Shown: positions 52,601-64,000 of the stretch, in pieces
Layout of the letters: each line of letters opens with the position of its first letter
Position numbering within the stretch: position 1 is the stretch's first letter
Origin: Auanema rhodensis
Lineage: Eukaryota > Animalia > Nematoda
Assembly: GCA_964057225.1 (NCBI GenBank)
Contig: OZ059900.1
Location: 23,002,001-23,066,000 of the forward strand
Reading direction: 5' to 3'
DNA length: 64,000 bases
Program-made: the position numbers and the translations under genes
The notes under the pieces: model-generated
What the model was told of the DNA's origin: nothing
What the model saw: only the letters and a program-made list of their open reading frames with translations
Databases searched by the model: none

Positions 52601-55600
52601 ACGATTTCATGTGTTCAAACTCATGCAATGTCAATGAAACCTAGCTCAAAATTGTTCGTACAACGTCTAGTTCCACTTTCACGACAAAAAAACAGGGGTT
52701 AGAAAATTAAGGAAATTAGCATATTCTGAGGGCACGCCCCTTATGGCTAATATTGATTAAATCGATTTTTGTTCATATGAGTCGTCAAATGCAACGAATT
52801 TCAGCGTGTTACATACTAAAATGAAGCATTTTACATGCTGAACACTAGAAAAATACAAAAACACAGTATTTCCCATGAGAAATATTTTATTATGCTGGAA
52901 AACCAGTTTTTGGAAATTTCGCTGTAACAAGGTTTTGACTTACGATTTCATGTGTTCAAACTCATGCAATGTCAATGTAACCTAGCTCAAAATTGTTCGT
53001 ACAACGTCTAGTTCCACTTTCAAGACAAAAAAACAGGGGTTAGAAAATTAAGGAAATTAGCATATTCTGAGGGCACGCCCCTTATGGCTAATATTGATTA
53101 AATCGATTTTTGTTCATATGAGTCGTCAAATGCAACGAATTTCAGCGTGTTACATACTAAAATGAAGCATTTTACATGCTGAACACTAGAAAAATACAAA
53201 AACACAGTATTTCCCATGAGAAATATTTTATTATGCTGGAAAACCAGTTTTTGGAAATTTCGCTGTAAACAAGGTTTTGACTTACGATTTCATTTGTTCA
53301 AACTCATGCAATGTCAATGAAACCTAGCTCAAAATTGTTCGTACAACGTCTAATTCCACTTTCACGACAAAAAAACAGGGGTTAGAAAATTAAGGAAATT
53401 AGCATATTCTGAGGGCACGCCCCTTATGGCTAATATTGATTAAATCGATTTTTGTTCATATGAGTCGTCAAATGCAACGAATTTCAGCGTGTTACATACT
53501 AAAATGAGGCATTTTACATGCTGAACACTAGAAAAATACAAAAACACAGTATTTCCCATGAGAAATATTTTATTATGCTGGAAAACCAGTTTTTGGAAAT
53601 TTCGCTGTAAACAAGGTTTTGACTTACGATTTCATGTGTTCAAACTCATGCAATGTCAATGAAACCTAGCTCAAAATTGTTTGTACAACGTCTAGTTCCA
53701 CTTTCACGACAAAAAAACAAGGGTTAGAAAATTAAGGAAATTAGCATATTCTGAGGGCACGCCCCTTATGGCTAATATTGATTAAATCGATTTTTGTTCA
53801 TATGAGTCGTCAAATGCAAGGAATTTCAGCGTGTTACATACTAAAATGAAGCATTTTACATGCTGAACACTAGAAAAATACAAAAACACAGTATTTCCCA
53901 TGAGAAATATTTTATTATGCTGGAAAACCAGTTTTTGGAAATTTCGCTGTAAACAAGGTTTTGACTTACGATTTCATGTGTTCAAGCTCATGCAATGTCA
54001 ATGAAACCTAGCTCAAAATTGTTCGTACAACGTCTAGTTCCACTTTCACGACAAAAAAACAGGGGTTAGAAAATTAAGGAAATTAGCATATTCTGAGGGC
54101 ACGCCCCTTATGGCTAATATTGATTAAATCGATTTTTGTTCATATGAGTCGTCAAATGCAACGAATTTCAGCGTGTTACATACTAAAATGAAGCATTTTA
54201 CATGCTGAACACTAGAAAAATACAAAAACACAGTATTTCCCATGAGAAATATTTTATTATGCTGGAAAACCAGTTTTTGGAAATTTCGCTGTAAACAAGG
54301 TTTTGACTTACGATTTCATGTGTTCAAACTCATGCAATGTCAATGAAACCTAGCTCAAAATTGTTCGTACAACGTCTAGTTCCACTTTCACGACAAAAAA
54401 ACAGGGGTTAGAAAATTAAGGAAATTAGCATATTCTGAGGGCACGCCCCTTATGGCTAATATTGATTAAATCGATTTTTGTTCATATGAGTCGTCAAATG
54501 CAACGAATTTCAGCGTGTTACATACTAAAATGAAGCATTTTACATGCTGAACACTAGAAAAATACAAAAACACAGTATTTCCCATGAGAAATATTTTATT
54601 ATGCTGGAAAACCAGTTTTTGGAAATTTCGCTGTAACAAGGTTTTGACTTACGATTTCATGTGTTCAAACTCATGCAATGTCAATGTAACCTAGCTCAAA
54701 ATTGTTCGTACAACGTCTAGTTCCACTTTCAAGACAAAAAAACAGGGGTTAGAAAATTAAGGAAATTAGCATATTCTGAGGGCACGCCCCTTATGGCTAA
54801 TATTGATTAAATCGATTTTTGTTCATATGAGTCGTCAAATGCAACGAATTTCAGCGTGTTACATACTAAAATGAAGCATTTTACATGCTGAACACTAGAA
54901 AAATACAAAAACACAGTATTTCCCATGAGAAATATTTTATTATGCTGGAAAACCAGTTTTTGGAAATTTCGCTGTAAACAAGGTTTTGACTTACGATTTC
55001 ATTTGTTCAAACTCATGCAATGTCAATGAAACCTAGCTCAAAATTATTTGTACAACGTCTAGTTCCACTTTCACGACAAAAAAACAGGGGTTAGAAAATT
55101 AAGGAAATTAGCATATTCTGAGGGCACGCCCCTTATGGCTAATATTGATTAAATCGATTTTTGTTCATATGAGTCGTCAAATGCAACGAATTTCAGCGTG
55201 TTACATACTAAAATGAAGCATTTTACATGCTGAACACTAGAAAAATAAAAAACACAGTATTTCCCATGAGAAATATTTTATTATGCTGGAAAACCAGTTT
55301 TTGGAAATTTCGCTGTAAACAAGGTTTTGACTTACGATTTCATGTGTTCAAACTCATGCAATGTCAATGAAACCTAGCTCAAAATTGTTCGTACAACGTC
55401 TAGTTCCACTTTCACGACAAAAAAACAAGGGTTAGAAAATTAAGGAAATTAGCATATTCTGAGGGCACGCCCCTTATGGCTAATATTGATTAAATCGATT
55501 TTTGTTCATATGAGTCGTCAAATGCAACGAATTTCAGCGTGTTACATACTAAAATGAAGCATTTTACATGCTGAACACTAGAAAAATTCAAAAACACAGT

Positions 55601-56969
55601 ATTTCCCATGAGAAATATTTTATTATGCTGGAAAACCAGTTTTTGGAAATTTCGCTGTAAACAAGGTTTTGACTTACGATTTCATGTGTTCAAACTCATG
55701 CAATGTCAATGTAACCTAGCTCAAAGTTGTTCGTACAACGTCTAGTTCCACTTTCAAGACAAAAAAACAGGGGTTAGAAAATTAAGGAAATTAGCATATT
55801 CTGAGGGCACGCCCCTTATGGCTAATATTGATTAAATCGATTTTTGTTCATATGAGTCGTCAAATGCAACGAATTTCAGCGTGTTACATACTAAAATGAA
55901 GCATTTTACATGCTGAACACTAGAAAAATACAAAAACACAGTATTTCCCATGAGAAATATTTTATTATGCTGGAAAACCAGTTTTTGGAAATTTCGCTGT
56001 AAACAAGGTTTTGACTTACGATTTCATTTGTTCAAACTCATGCAATGTCAATGAAACCTAGCTCAAAATTATTTGTACAACGTCTAGTTCCACTTTCACG
56101 ACAAAAAAACAGGGGTTAGAAAATTAAGGAAATTAGCATATTCTGAGGGCACGCCCCTTATGGCTAATATTGATTAAATCGATTTTTGTTCATATGAGTC
56201 GTCAAATGCAACGAATTTCAGCGTGTTACATACTAAAATGAAGCATTTTACATGCTGAACACTAGAAAAATACAAAAACACAGTATTTCCCATGAGAAAT
56301 ATTTTATTATGCTGGAAAACCAGTTTTTGGAAATTTCGCTGTAAACAAGGTTTTGACTTACGATTTCATGTGTTCAAACTCATGCAATGTCAATGAAACC
56401 TAGCTCAAAATTGTTCGTACAACGTCTAGTTCCACTTTTACGACAAAAAAACAAGGGTTAGAAAATTAAGGAAATTAGCATATTCTGAGAGCACGCCCCT
56501 TATGGCTAATATTGATTAAATCGATTTTTGTTCATATGAGTCGTCAAATGCAACGAATTTCAGCGTGTTACATACTAAAATGAAGCATTTTACATGCTGA
56601 ACACTAGAAAAATACAAAAACACAGTATTTCCCATGAGAAATATTTTATTATGCTGGAAAACCAGTTTTTGGAAATTTCGCTGTAAACAAGGTTTTGACT
56701 TACGATTTCATGTGTTCAAACTCATGCAATGTCAATGAAACCTAGCTCAAAATTGTTCGTACAACGTCTAGTTCCACTTTCACGACAAAAAAACAGGGGT
56801 TAGAAAATTAAGGAAATTAGCATATTCTGAGGGCACGCCCCTTATGGCTAATATTGATTAAATCGATTTTTGTTCATATGAGTCGTCAAATGCAACGAAT
56901 TTCAGCGTGTTACATACTAAAATGAAGCATTTTACATGCTGAACACTAGAAAAATACAAAAACACAGTA
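43639..56969. repeat. Array B 10-mer HOR (3418 bp): copies at 43639, 48425 and 53552, plus a 5-mer partial at 51843
   Basis: The 1-bp deletion GCTGTAACAAG has its TAAC at 44721, 49507, 52925 and 54634. GAGAG occurs at 46574, 51360 and 56487. CAAAGTTG, ATTATTTG and TTCAAGAC recur in the same order. Confidence 0.88.
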
Positions 56970-59900
56970 TTTCCTATGAGAAATATTTTATTATGCTGGA
57001 AAACCAGTTTTTGGAAATTTCGCTGTAAACAAGGTTTTGACTTACGATTTCATGTGTTCAAACTCATGCAATGTCAATGAAACCTAGCTCAAAATTGTTC
57101 GTACAACGTCTAGTTCCACTTTCACGACAAAAAAACAGGGGTTAGAAAATTAAGGAAATTAGCATATTCTGAGGGCACGCCCCTTATGGCTAATATTGAT
57201 TAAATCGATTTTTGTTCATATGAGTCGTCAAATGCAACGAATTTCAGCGTGTTACATACTAAAATGAAGCATTTTACATGCTGAACACTAAAAGAATACA
57301 AAAACACAGTATTTCCCATGAGAAATATTTTATTATGCTGGAAAACCAGTTTTTGGAAATTTCGCTGTAAACAAGGTTTTGACTTACGATTTCATGTGTT
57401 CAAACTCATGCAATGTCAATGAAACTTGGCTCAAAATTGTTCGTACAACGTCTAGTTCCACTTTCACGACAAAAAAACAGGGGTTAGAAAATTAAGGAAA
57501 TTAGCATATTCTGAGGGCACGCCCCTTATGGCTAATATTGATTAAATCGATTTTTGTTCATATGAGTCGTCAAATGCAACGAATTTCAGCGTGTTACATA
57601 CTAAAATGAAGCATTTTACATGCTGAACACTAGAAAAATACAAAAACACAGTATTTCCTATGAGAAATATTTTATTATGCTGGAAAACCAGTTTTTGGAA
57701 ATTTCGCTGTAAACAAGGTTTTGACTTACGATTTCATGTGTTCAAACTCATGCAATGTCAATGAAACCTAGCTCAAAATTGTTCGTACAACGTCTAGTTC
57801 CACTTTCACGACAAAAAAACAGGGGTTAGAAAATTAAGGAAATTAGCATATTCTGAGGGCACGCCCCTTATGGCTAATATTGATTAAATCGATTTTTGTT
57901 CATATGAGTCGTCAAATGCAACGAATTTCAGCGTGTTACATACTAAAATGAAGCATTTAACATGCTGAACACTAGAATAATACAAAAACACAGTATTTCT
58001 CATGAGAAATATTTTATTATGCTGGAAAACCAGTTTTTGGAAATTTCGCTGTAAACAAGGTTTTGACTTACGATTTCATGTGTTCAAACTCATGCAATGT
58101 CAATGAAACCTAGCTCAAAATTGTTTGTACAACGTCTAGTTCCACTTTCACGACAAAAAAACAGGGGTTAGAAAATTAAGGAAATTAGCATATTCTGAGG
58201 GCACGCCCCTTATGGCTAATATTGATTAAATCGATTTTTTGTTCATATGAGTCGTCAAATGCAACGAATTTCAGCGTGTTACATACTAAAATGAAGCATT
58301 TTACATGCTGAACACTAGAAAAATACAAAAACACAGTATTTCCCATGAGAAATTATTTATTATGCTGGAAAACCAGTTTTTGGAAATTTCGCTGTAAACA
58401 AGGTTTTGACTTACGATTTCATGTGTTCAAACTCATGCAATGTCAATGAAACCTAGCTCAAAATTGTTCGTACAACGTCTAGTTCCACTTTCACGACAAA
58501 GAAACAAGGGTTAGAAAATTAAGGAAATTAGCATATTCTGAGGGCACGCCCCTTATGGCTAATATTGATTAAATCGATTTTTGTTCATATGAGTCGTCAA
58601 ATGCAACGAATTTCAGCGTGTTACATACTAAAATGAAGCATTTTACATGCTGAACACTAGAAAAATACAAAAACACAGTATTTCCTATGAGAAATATTTT
58701 ATTATGCTGGAAAACCAGTTTTTGGAAATTTCGCTGTAAACAAGGTTTTGACTTACGATTTCATGTGTTCAAACTCATGCAATGTCAATGAAACCTAGCT
58801 CAAAATTGTTCGTACAACGTCTAGTTCCACTTTCACGACAAAAAAACAGGGGTTAGAAAATTAAGGAAATTAGCATATTCTGAGGGCACGCCCCTTATGG
58901 CTAATATTGATTAAATCGATTTTTGTTCATATGAGTCGTCAAATGCAACGAATTTCAGCGTGTTACATACTAAAATGAAGCATTTAACATGCTGAACACT
59001 AGAAGAATACAAAAACACAGTATTTCTCATGAGAAATATTTTATTATGCTGGAAAACCAGTTTTTGGAAATTTCGCTGTAAACAAGGTTTTGACTTACGA
59101 TTTCATGTGTTCAAACTCATGCAATGTCAATGAAACCTAGCTCAAAATTGTTTGTACAACGTCTAGTTCCACTTTCACGACAAAAAAACAGGGGTTAGAA
59201 AATTAAGGAAATTAGCATATTCTGAGGGCACGCCCCTTATGGCTAATATTGATTAAATCGATTTTTTGTTCATATGAGTCGTCAAATGCAACGAATTTCA
59301 GCGTGTTACATACTAAAATGAAGCATTTTACATGCTGAACACTAGAAAAATACAAAAACACAGTATTTCCCATGAGAAATTATTTATTATGCTGGAAAAC
59401 CAGTTTTTGGAAATTTCGCTGTAAACAAGGTTTTGACTTACGATTTCATGTGTTCAAACTCATGCAATGTCAATGAAACCTAGCTCAAAATTGTTCGTAC
59501 AACGTCTAGTTCCACTTTCACGACAAAAAAACAAGGGTTAGAAAATTAAGGAAATTAGCATATTCTGAGGGCACGCCCCTTATGGCTAATATTGATTAAA
59601 TCGATTTTTGTTCATATGAGTCGTCAAATGCAACGAATTTCAGCGTGTTACATACTAAAATGAAGCATTTTACATGCTGAACACTAGAAAAATACAAAAA
59701 CACAGTATTTCCCATGAGAAATATTTTATTATGCTGGAAAACCAGTTTTTGGAAATTTCGCTGTAAACAAGGTTTTGACTTACGATTTCATGTGTTCAAA
59801 CTCATGCAATGTCAATGAAACCTAGCTCAAAATTGTTCGTACAACGTCTAGTTCCACTTTTACGACAAAAAAACAAGGGTTAGAAAATTAAGGAAATTAG

Positions 59901-62900
59901 CATATTCTGAGAGCACGCCCCTTATGGCTAATATTGATTAAATCGATTTTTGTTCATATGAGTCGTCAAATGCAACGAATTTCAGCGTGTTACATACTAA
60001 AATGAAGCATTTTACATGCTGAACACTAGAAAAATACAAAAACACAGTATTTCCCATGAGAAATATTTTATTATGCTGGAAAACCAGTTTTTGGAAATTT
60101 CGCTGTAAACAAGGTTTTGACTTACGATTTCATGTGTTCAAACTCATGCAATGTCAATGAAACCTAGCTCAAAATTGTTCGTACAACGTCTAGTTCCACT
60201 TTCACGACAAAAAAACAGGGGTTAGAAAATTAAGGAAATTAGCATATTCTGAGGGCACGCCCCTTATGGCTAATATTGATTAAATCGATTTTTGTTCATA
60301 TGAGTCGTCAAATGCAACGAATTTCAGCGTGTTACATACTAAAATGAAGCATTTTACATGCTGAACACTAGAAAAATACAAAAACACAGTATTTCCCATG
60401 AGAAATATTTTATTATGCTGGAAAACCAGTTTTTGGAAATTTCGCTGTAAACAAGGTTTTGACTTACGATTTCATGTGTTCAAACTCATGCAATGTCAAT
60501 GAAACTTGGCTCAAAATTGTTCGTACAACGTCTAGTTCCACTTTCAAGACAAAAAAACAGGGGTTAGAAAATTAAGGAAATTAGCATATTCTGAGGGCAC
60601 GCCCCTTATGGCTAATATTGATTAAATCGATTTTTGTTCATATGAGTCGTCAAATGCAACGAATTTCAGCGTGTTACATACTAAAATGAAGCATTTTACA
60701 TGCTGAACACTAGAAAAATACAAAAACACAGTATTTCCCATGAGAAATATTTTATTATGCTGGAAAACCAGTTTTTGGAAATTTCGCTGTAAACAAGGTT
60801 TTGACTTACGATTTCATGTGTTCAAACTCATGCAATGTCAATGAAACCTAGCTCAAAATTGTTCGTACAACGTCTAGTTCCACTTTTACGACAAAAAAAC
60901 AAGGGTTAGAAAATTAAGGAAATTAGCATATTCTGAGAGCACGCCCCTTATGGCTAATATTGATTAAATCGATGTTTGTTCATATGAGTCGTCAAATGCA
61001 ACGAATTTCAGCGTGTTACATACTAAAATGAAGCATTTTACATGCTGAACACTAGAAAAATACAAAAACACAGTATTTCCCATGAGAAATATTTTATTAT
61101 GCTGGAAAACCAGTTTTTGGAAATTTCGCTGTAAACAAGGTTTTGACTTACGATTTCATGTGTTCAAACTCATGCAATGTCAATGAAACCTAGCTCAAAA
61201 TTATTTGTACAACGTCTAGTTTCACTTTCACGACAAAAAAACAGGGGTTAGAAAATTAAGGAAATTAGCATATTCTGAGGGCACGCCCCTTATGGCTAAT
61301 ATTGATTAAATCGATTTTTGTTCATATGAGTCGTCAAATGCAACGAATTTCAGCGTGTTACATACTAAAATGAAGCATTTTACATGCTGAACACTAGAAA
61401 AATACAAAAACACAGTATTTCCCATGAGAAATATTTTATTATGCTGGAAAACCAGTTTTTGGAAATTTCGCTGTAAACAAGGTTTTGACTTACGATTTCA
61501 TGTGTTCAAACTCATGCAATGTCAATGAAACCTAGCTCAAAATTGTTCGTACAACGTCTAGTTCCACTTTCACGACAAAAAAACAAGGGTTAGAAAATTA
61601 AGGAAATTAGCATATTCTGAGGGCACGCCCCTTATGGCTAATATTGATTAAATCGATTTTTGTTCATATGAGTCGTCAAATGCAACGAATTTCAGCGTGT
61701 TACATACTAAAATGAAGCATTTTACATGCTGAACACTAGAAAAATACAAAAACACAGTATTTCCCATGAGAAATATTTTATTATGCTGGAAAACCAGTTT
61801 TTGGAAATTTCGCTGTAAACAAGGTTTTGACTTACGATTTCATGTGTTCAAACTCATGCAATGTCAATGAAACCTAGCTCAAAATTGTTCGTACAACGTC
61901 TAGTTCCACTTTCACGACAAAAAAACAGGGGTTAGAAAATTAAGGAAATTAGCATATTCTGAGGGCACGCCCCTTATGGCTAATATTGATTAAATCGATT
62001 TTTGTTCATATGAGTCGTCAAATGCAACGAATTTCAGCGTGTTACATACTAAAATGAAGCATTTTACATGCTGAACACTAGAAAAATACAAAAACACAGT
62101 ATTTCCTATGAGAAATATTTTATTATGCTGGAAAACCAGTTTTTGGAAATTTCGCTGTAAACAAGGTTTTGACTTACGATTTCATGTGTTCAAACTCATG
62201 CAATGTCAATGAAACCTAGCTCAAAATTGTTCGTACAACGTCTAGTTCCACTTTCACGACAAAAAAACAGGGGTTAGAAAATTAAGGAAATTAGCATATT
62301 CTGAGGGCACGCCCCTTATGGCTAATATTGATTAAATCGATTTTTGTTCATATGAGTCGTCAAATGCAACGAATTTCAGCGTGTTACATACTAAAATGAA
62401 GCATTTTACATGCTGAACACTGAAAGAATACAAAAACACAGTATTTCTCATGAGAAATATTTTATTATGCTGGAAAACCAGTTTTTGGAAATTTCGCTGT
62501 AAACAAGGTTTTGACTTACGATTTCATGTGTTCAAACTCATGCAATGTCAATGAAACTTGGCTCAAAATTGTTCGTACAACGTCTAGTTCCACTTTCACG
62601 ACAAAAAAACAGGGGTTAGAAAATTAAGGAAATTAGCATATTCTGAGGGCACGCCCCTTATGGCTAATATTGATTAAATCGATTTTTGTTCATATGAGTC
62701 GTCAAATGCAACGAATTTCAGCGTGTTACATACTAAAATGAAGCATTTTACATGCTGAACACTAGAAAAATACAAAAACACAGTATTTCCTATGAGAAAT
62801 ATTTTATTATGCTGGAAAACCAGTTTTTGGAAATTTCGCTGTAAACAAGGTTTTGACTTACGATTTCATGTGTTCAAACTCATGCAATGTCAATGAAACC

Positions 62901-64000
62901 TAGCTCAAAATTGTTCGTACAACGTCTAGTTCCACTTTCACGACAAAAAAACAGGGGTTAGAAAATTAAGGAAATTAGCATATTCTGAGGGCACGCCCCT
63001 TATGGCTAATATTGATTAAATCGATTTTTGTTCATATGAGTCGTCAAATGCAACGAATTTCAGCGTGTTACATACTAAAATGAAGCATTTAACATGCTGA
63101 ACACTAGAAAAATACAAAAACACAGTATTTCTCATGAGAAATATTTTATTATGCTGGAAAACCAGTTTTTGGAAATTTCGCTGTAAACAAGGTTTTGACT
63201 TACGATTTCATGTGTTCAAACTCATGCAATGTCAATGAAACCTAGCTCAAAATTGTTTGTACAACGTCTAGTTCCACTTTCACGACAAAAAAACAGGGGT
63301 TAGAAAATTAAGGAAATTAGCATATTCTGAGGGCACGCCCCTTATGGCTAATATTGATTAAATCGATTTTTTGTTCATATGAGTCGTCAAATGCAACGAA
63401 TTTCAGCGTGTTACATACTAAAATGAAGCATTTTACATGCTGAACACTAGAAAAATACAAAAACACAGTATTTCCCATGAGAAATTATTTATTATGCTGG
63501 AAAACCAGTTTTTGGAAATTTCGCTGTAAACAAGGTTTTGACTTACGATTTCATGTGTTCAAACTCATGCAATGTCAATGAAACCTAGCTCAAAATTGTT
63601 CGTACAACGTCTAGTTCCACTTTCACGACAAAAAAACAAGGGTTAGAAAATTAAGGAAATTAGCATATTCTGAGGGCACGCCCCTTATGGCTAATATTGA
63701 TTAAATCGATTTTTGTTCATATGAGTCGTCAAATGCAACGAATTTCAGCGTGTTACATACTAAAATGAAGCATTTTACATGCTGAACACTAGAAAAATAC
63801 AAAAACACAGTATTTCCCATGAGAAATATTTTATTATGCTGGAAAACCAGTTTTTGGAAATTTCGCTGTAAACAAGGTTTTGACTTACGATTTCATGTGT
63901 TCAAACTCATGCAATGTCAATGAAACCTAGCTCAAAATTGTTCGTACAACGTCTAGTTCCACTTTCACGACAAAAAAACAGGGGTTAGAAAATTAAGGAA

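Larger units (their letters stand above)
12869..64000. repeat. Satellite array B: tandem 342-bp monomers, about 149.5 copies, head-to-tail, highly homogeneous, running off the window end
   Basis: The anchor TTTCCCATGAGAAATATTTT recurs at 12869, 13211, 13552, 13894, 14235, 14576, 14918 and onward (342 bp, or 341/343 with 1-bp indels). A hand count of the consensus gives 57 G and 59 C in 342 bp. I saw no inversions or insertions. Confidence 0.99.

Noticed and set aside
1-64000. CRISPR array or prokaryotic repeat system
   Set aside because: Whole units repeat with no unique spacers, unit lengths are far too long, and there are no cas or other ORFs.
12869-64000. Identification as primate alpha-satellite dimer (~342 bp) or another named ~340-360-bp satellite
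   Set aside because: Only the length agrees. I recognise no alphoid sequence motifs, and a family cannot be named without a database search.
1-64000. Tandem 5S rRNA, tRNA, snRNA or spliced-leader gene array
   Set aside because: Neither monomer shows a recognisable 5S sequence, tRNA cloverleaf with A/B boxes, or known snRNA or SL sequence. An Rfam scan would confirm this.

Overview
The window is entirely non-coding, AT-rich eukaryotic satellite DNA. It holds two unrelated head-to-tail tandem arrays separated by a 200-N assembly gap (12669-12868). Array A (1-12668) has about 55 monomers of 232 bp or 225 bp (a 7-bp indel), two interleaved sequence subtypes, and mosaic duplications at 2-, 12-, 20- and 30-monomer spacing. 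Array B (12869-64000) has about 149.5 near-identical monomers of 342 bp (about 34% GC, occasional 341/343-bp copies). The B monomer looks like an ancient dimer of two ~171-bp halves and is dense in inverted repeats. Diagnostic SNPs divide array B into successive variant layers with local higher-order repeats (HORs) of 3 to 15 monomers. I found no genes, RNA genes, transposons or CRISPR arrays, and the single ORF call is a gap artefact. The architecture resembles (peri)centromeric heterochromatin, but neither that role nor the organism or family can be established from the sequence. I see no convincing new molecular system; the interest lies in repeat structure and evolution.
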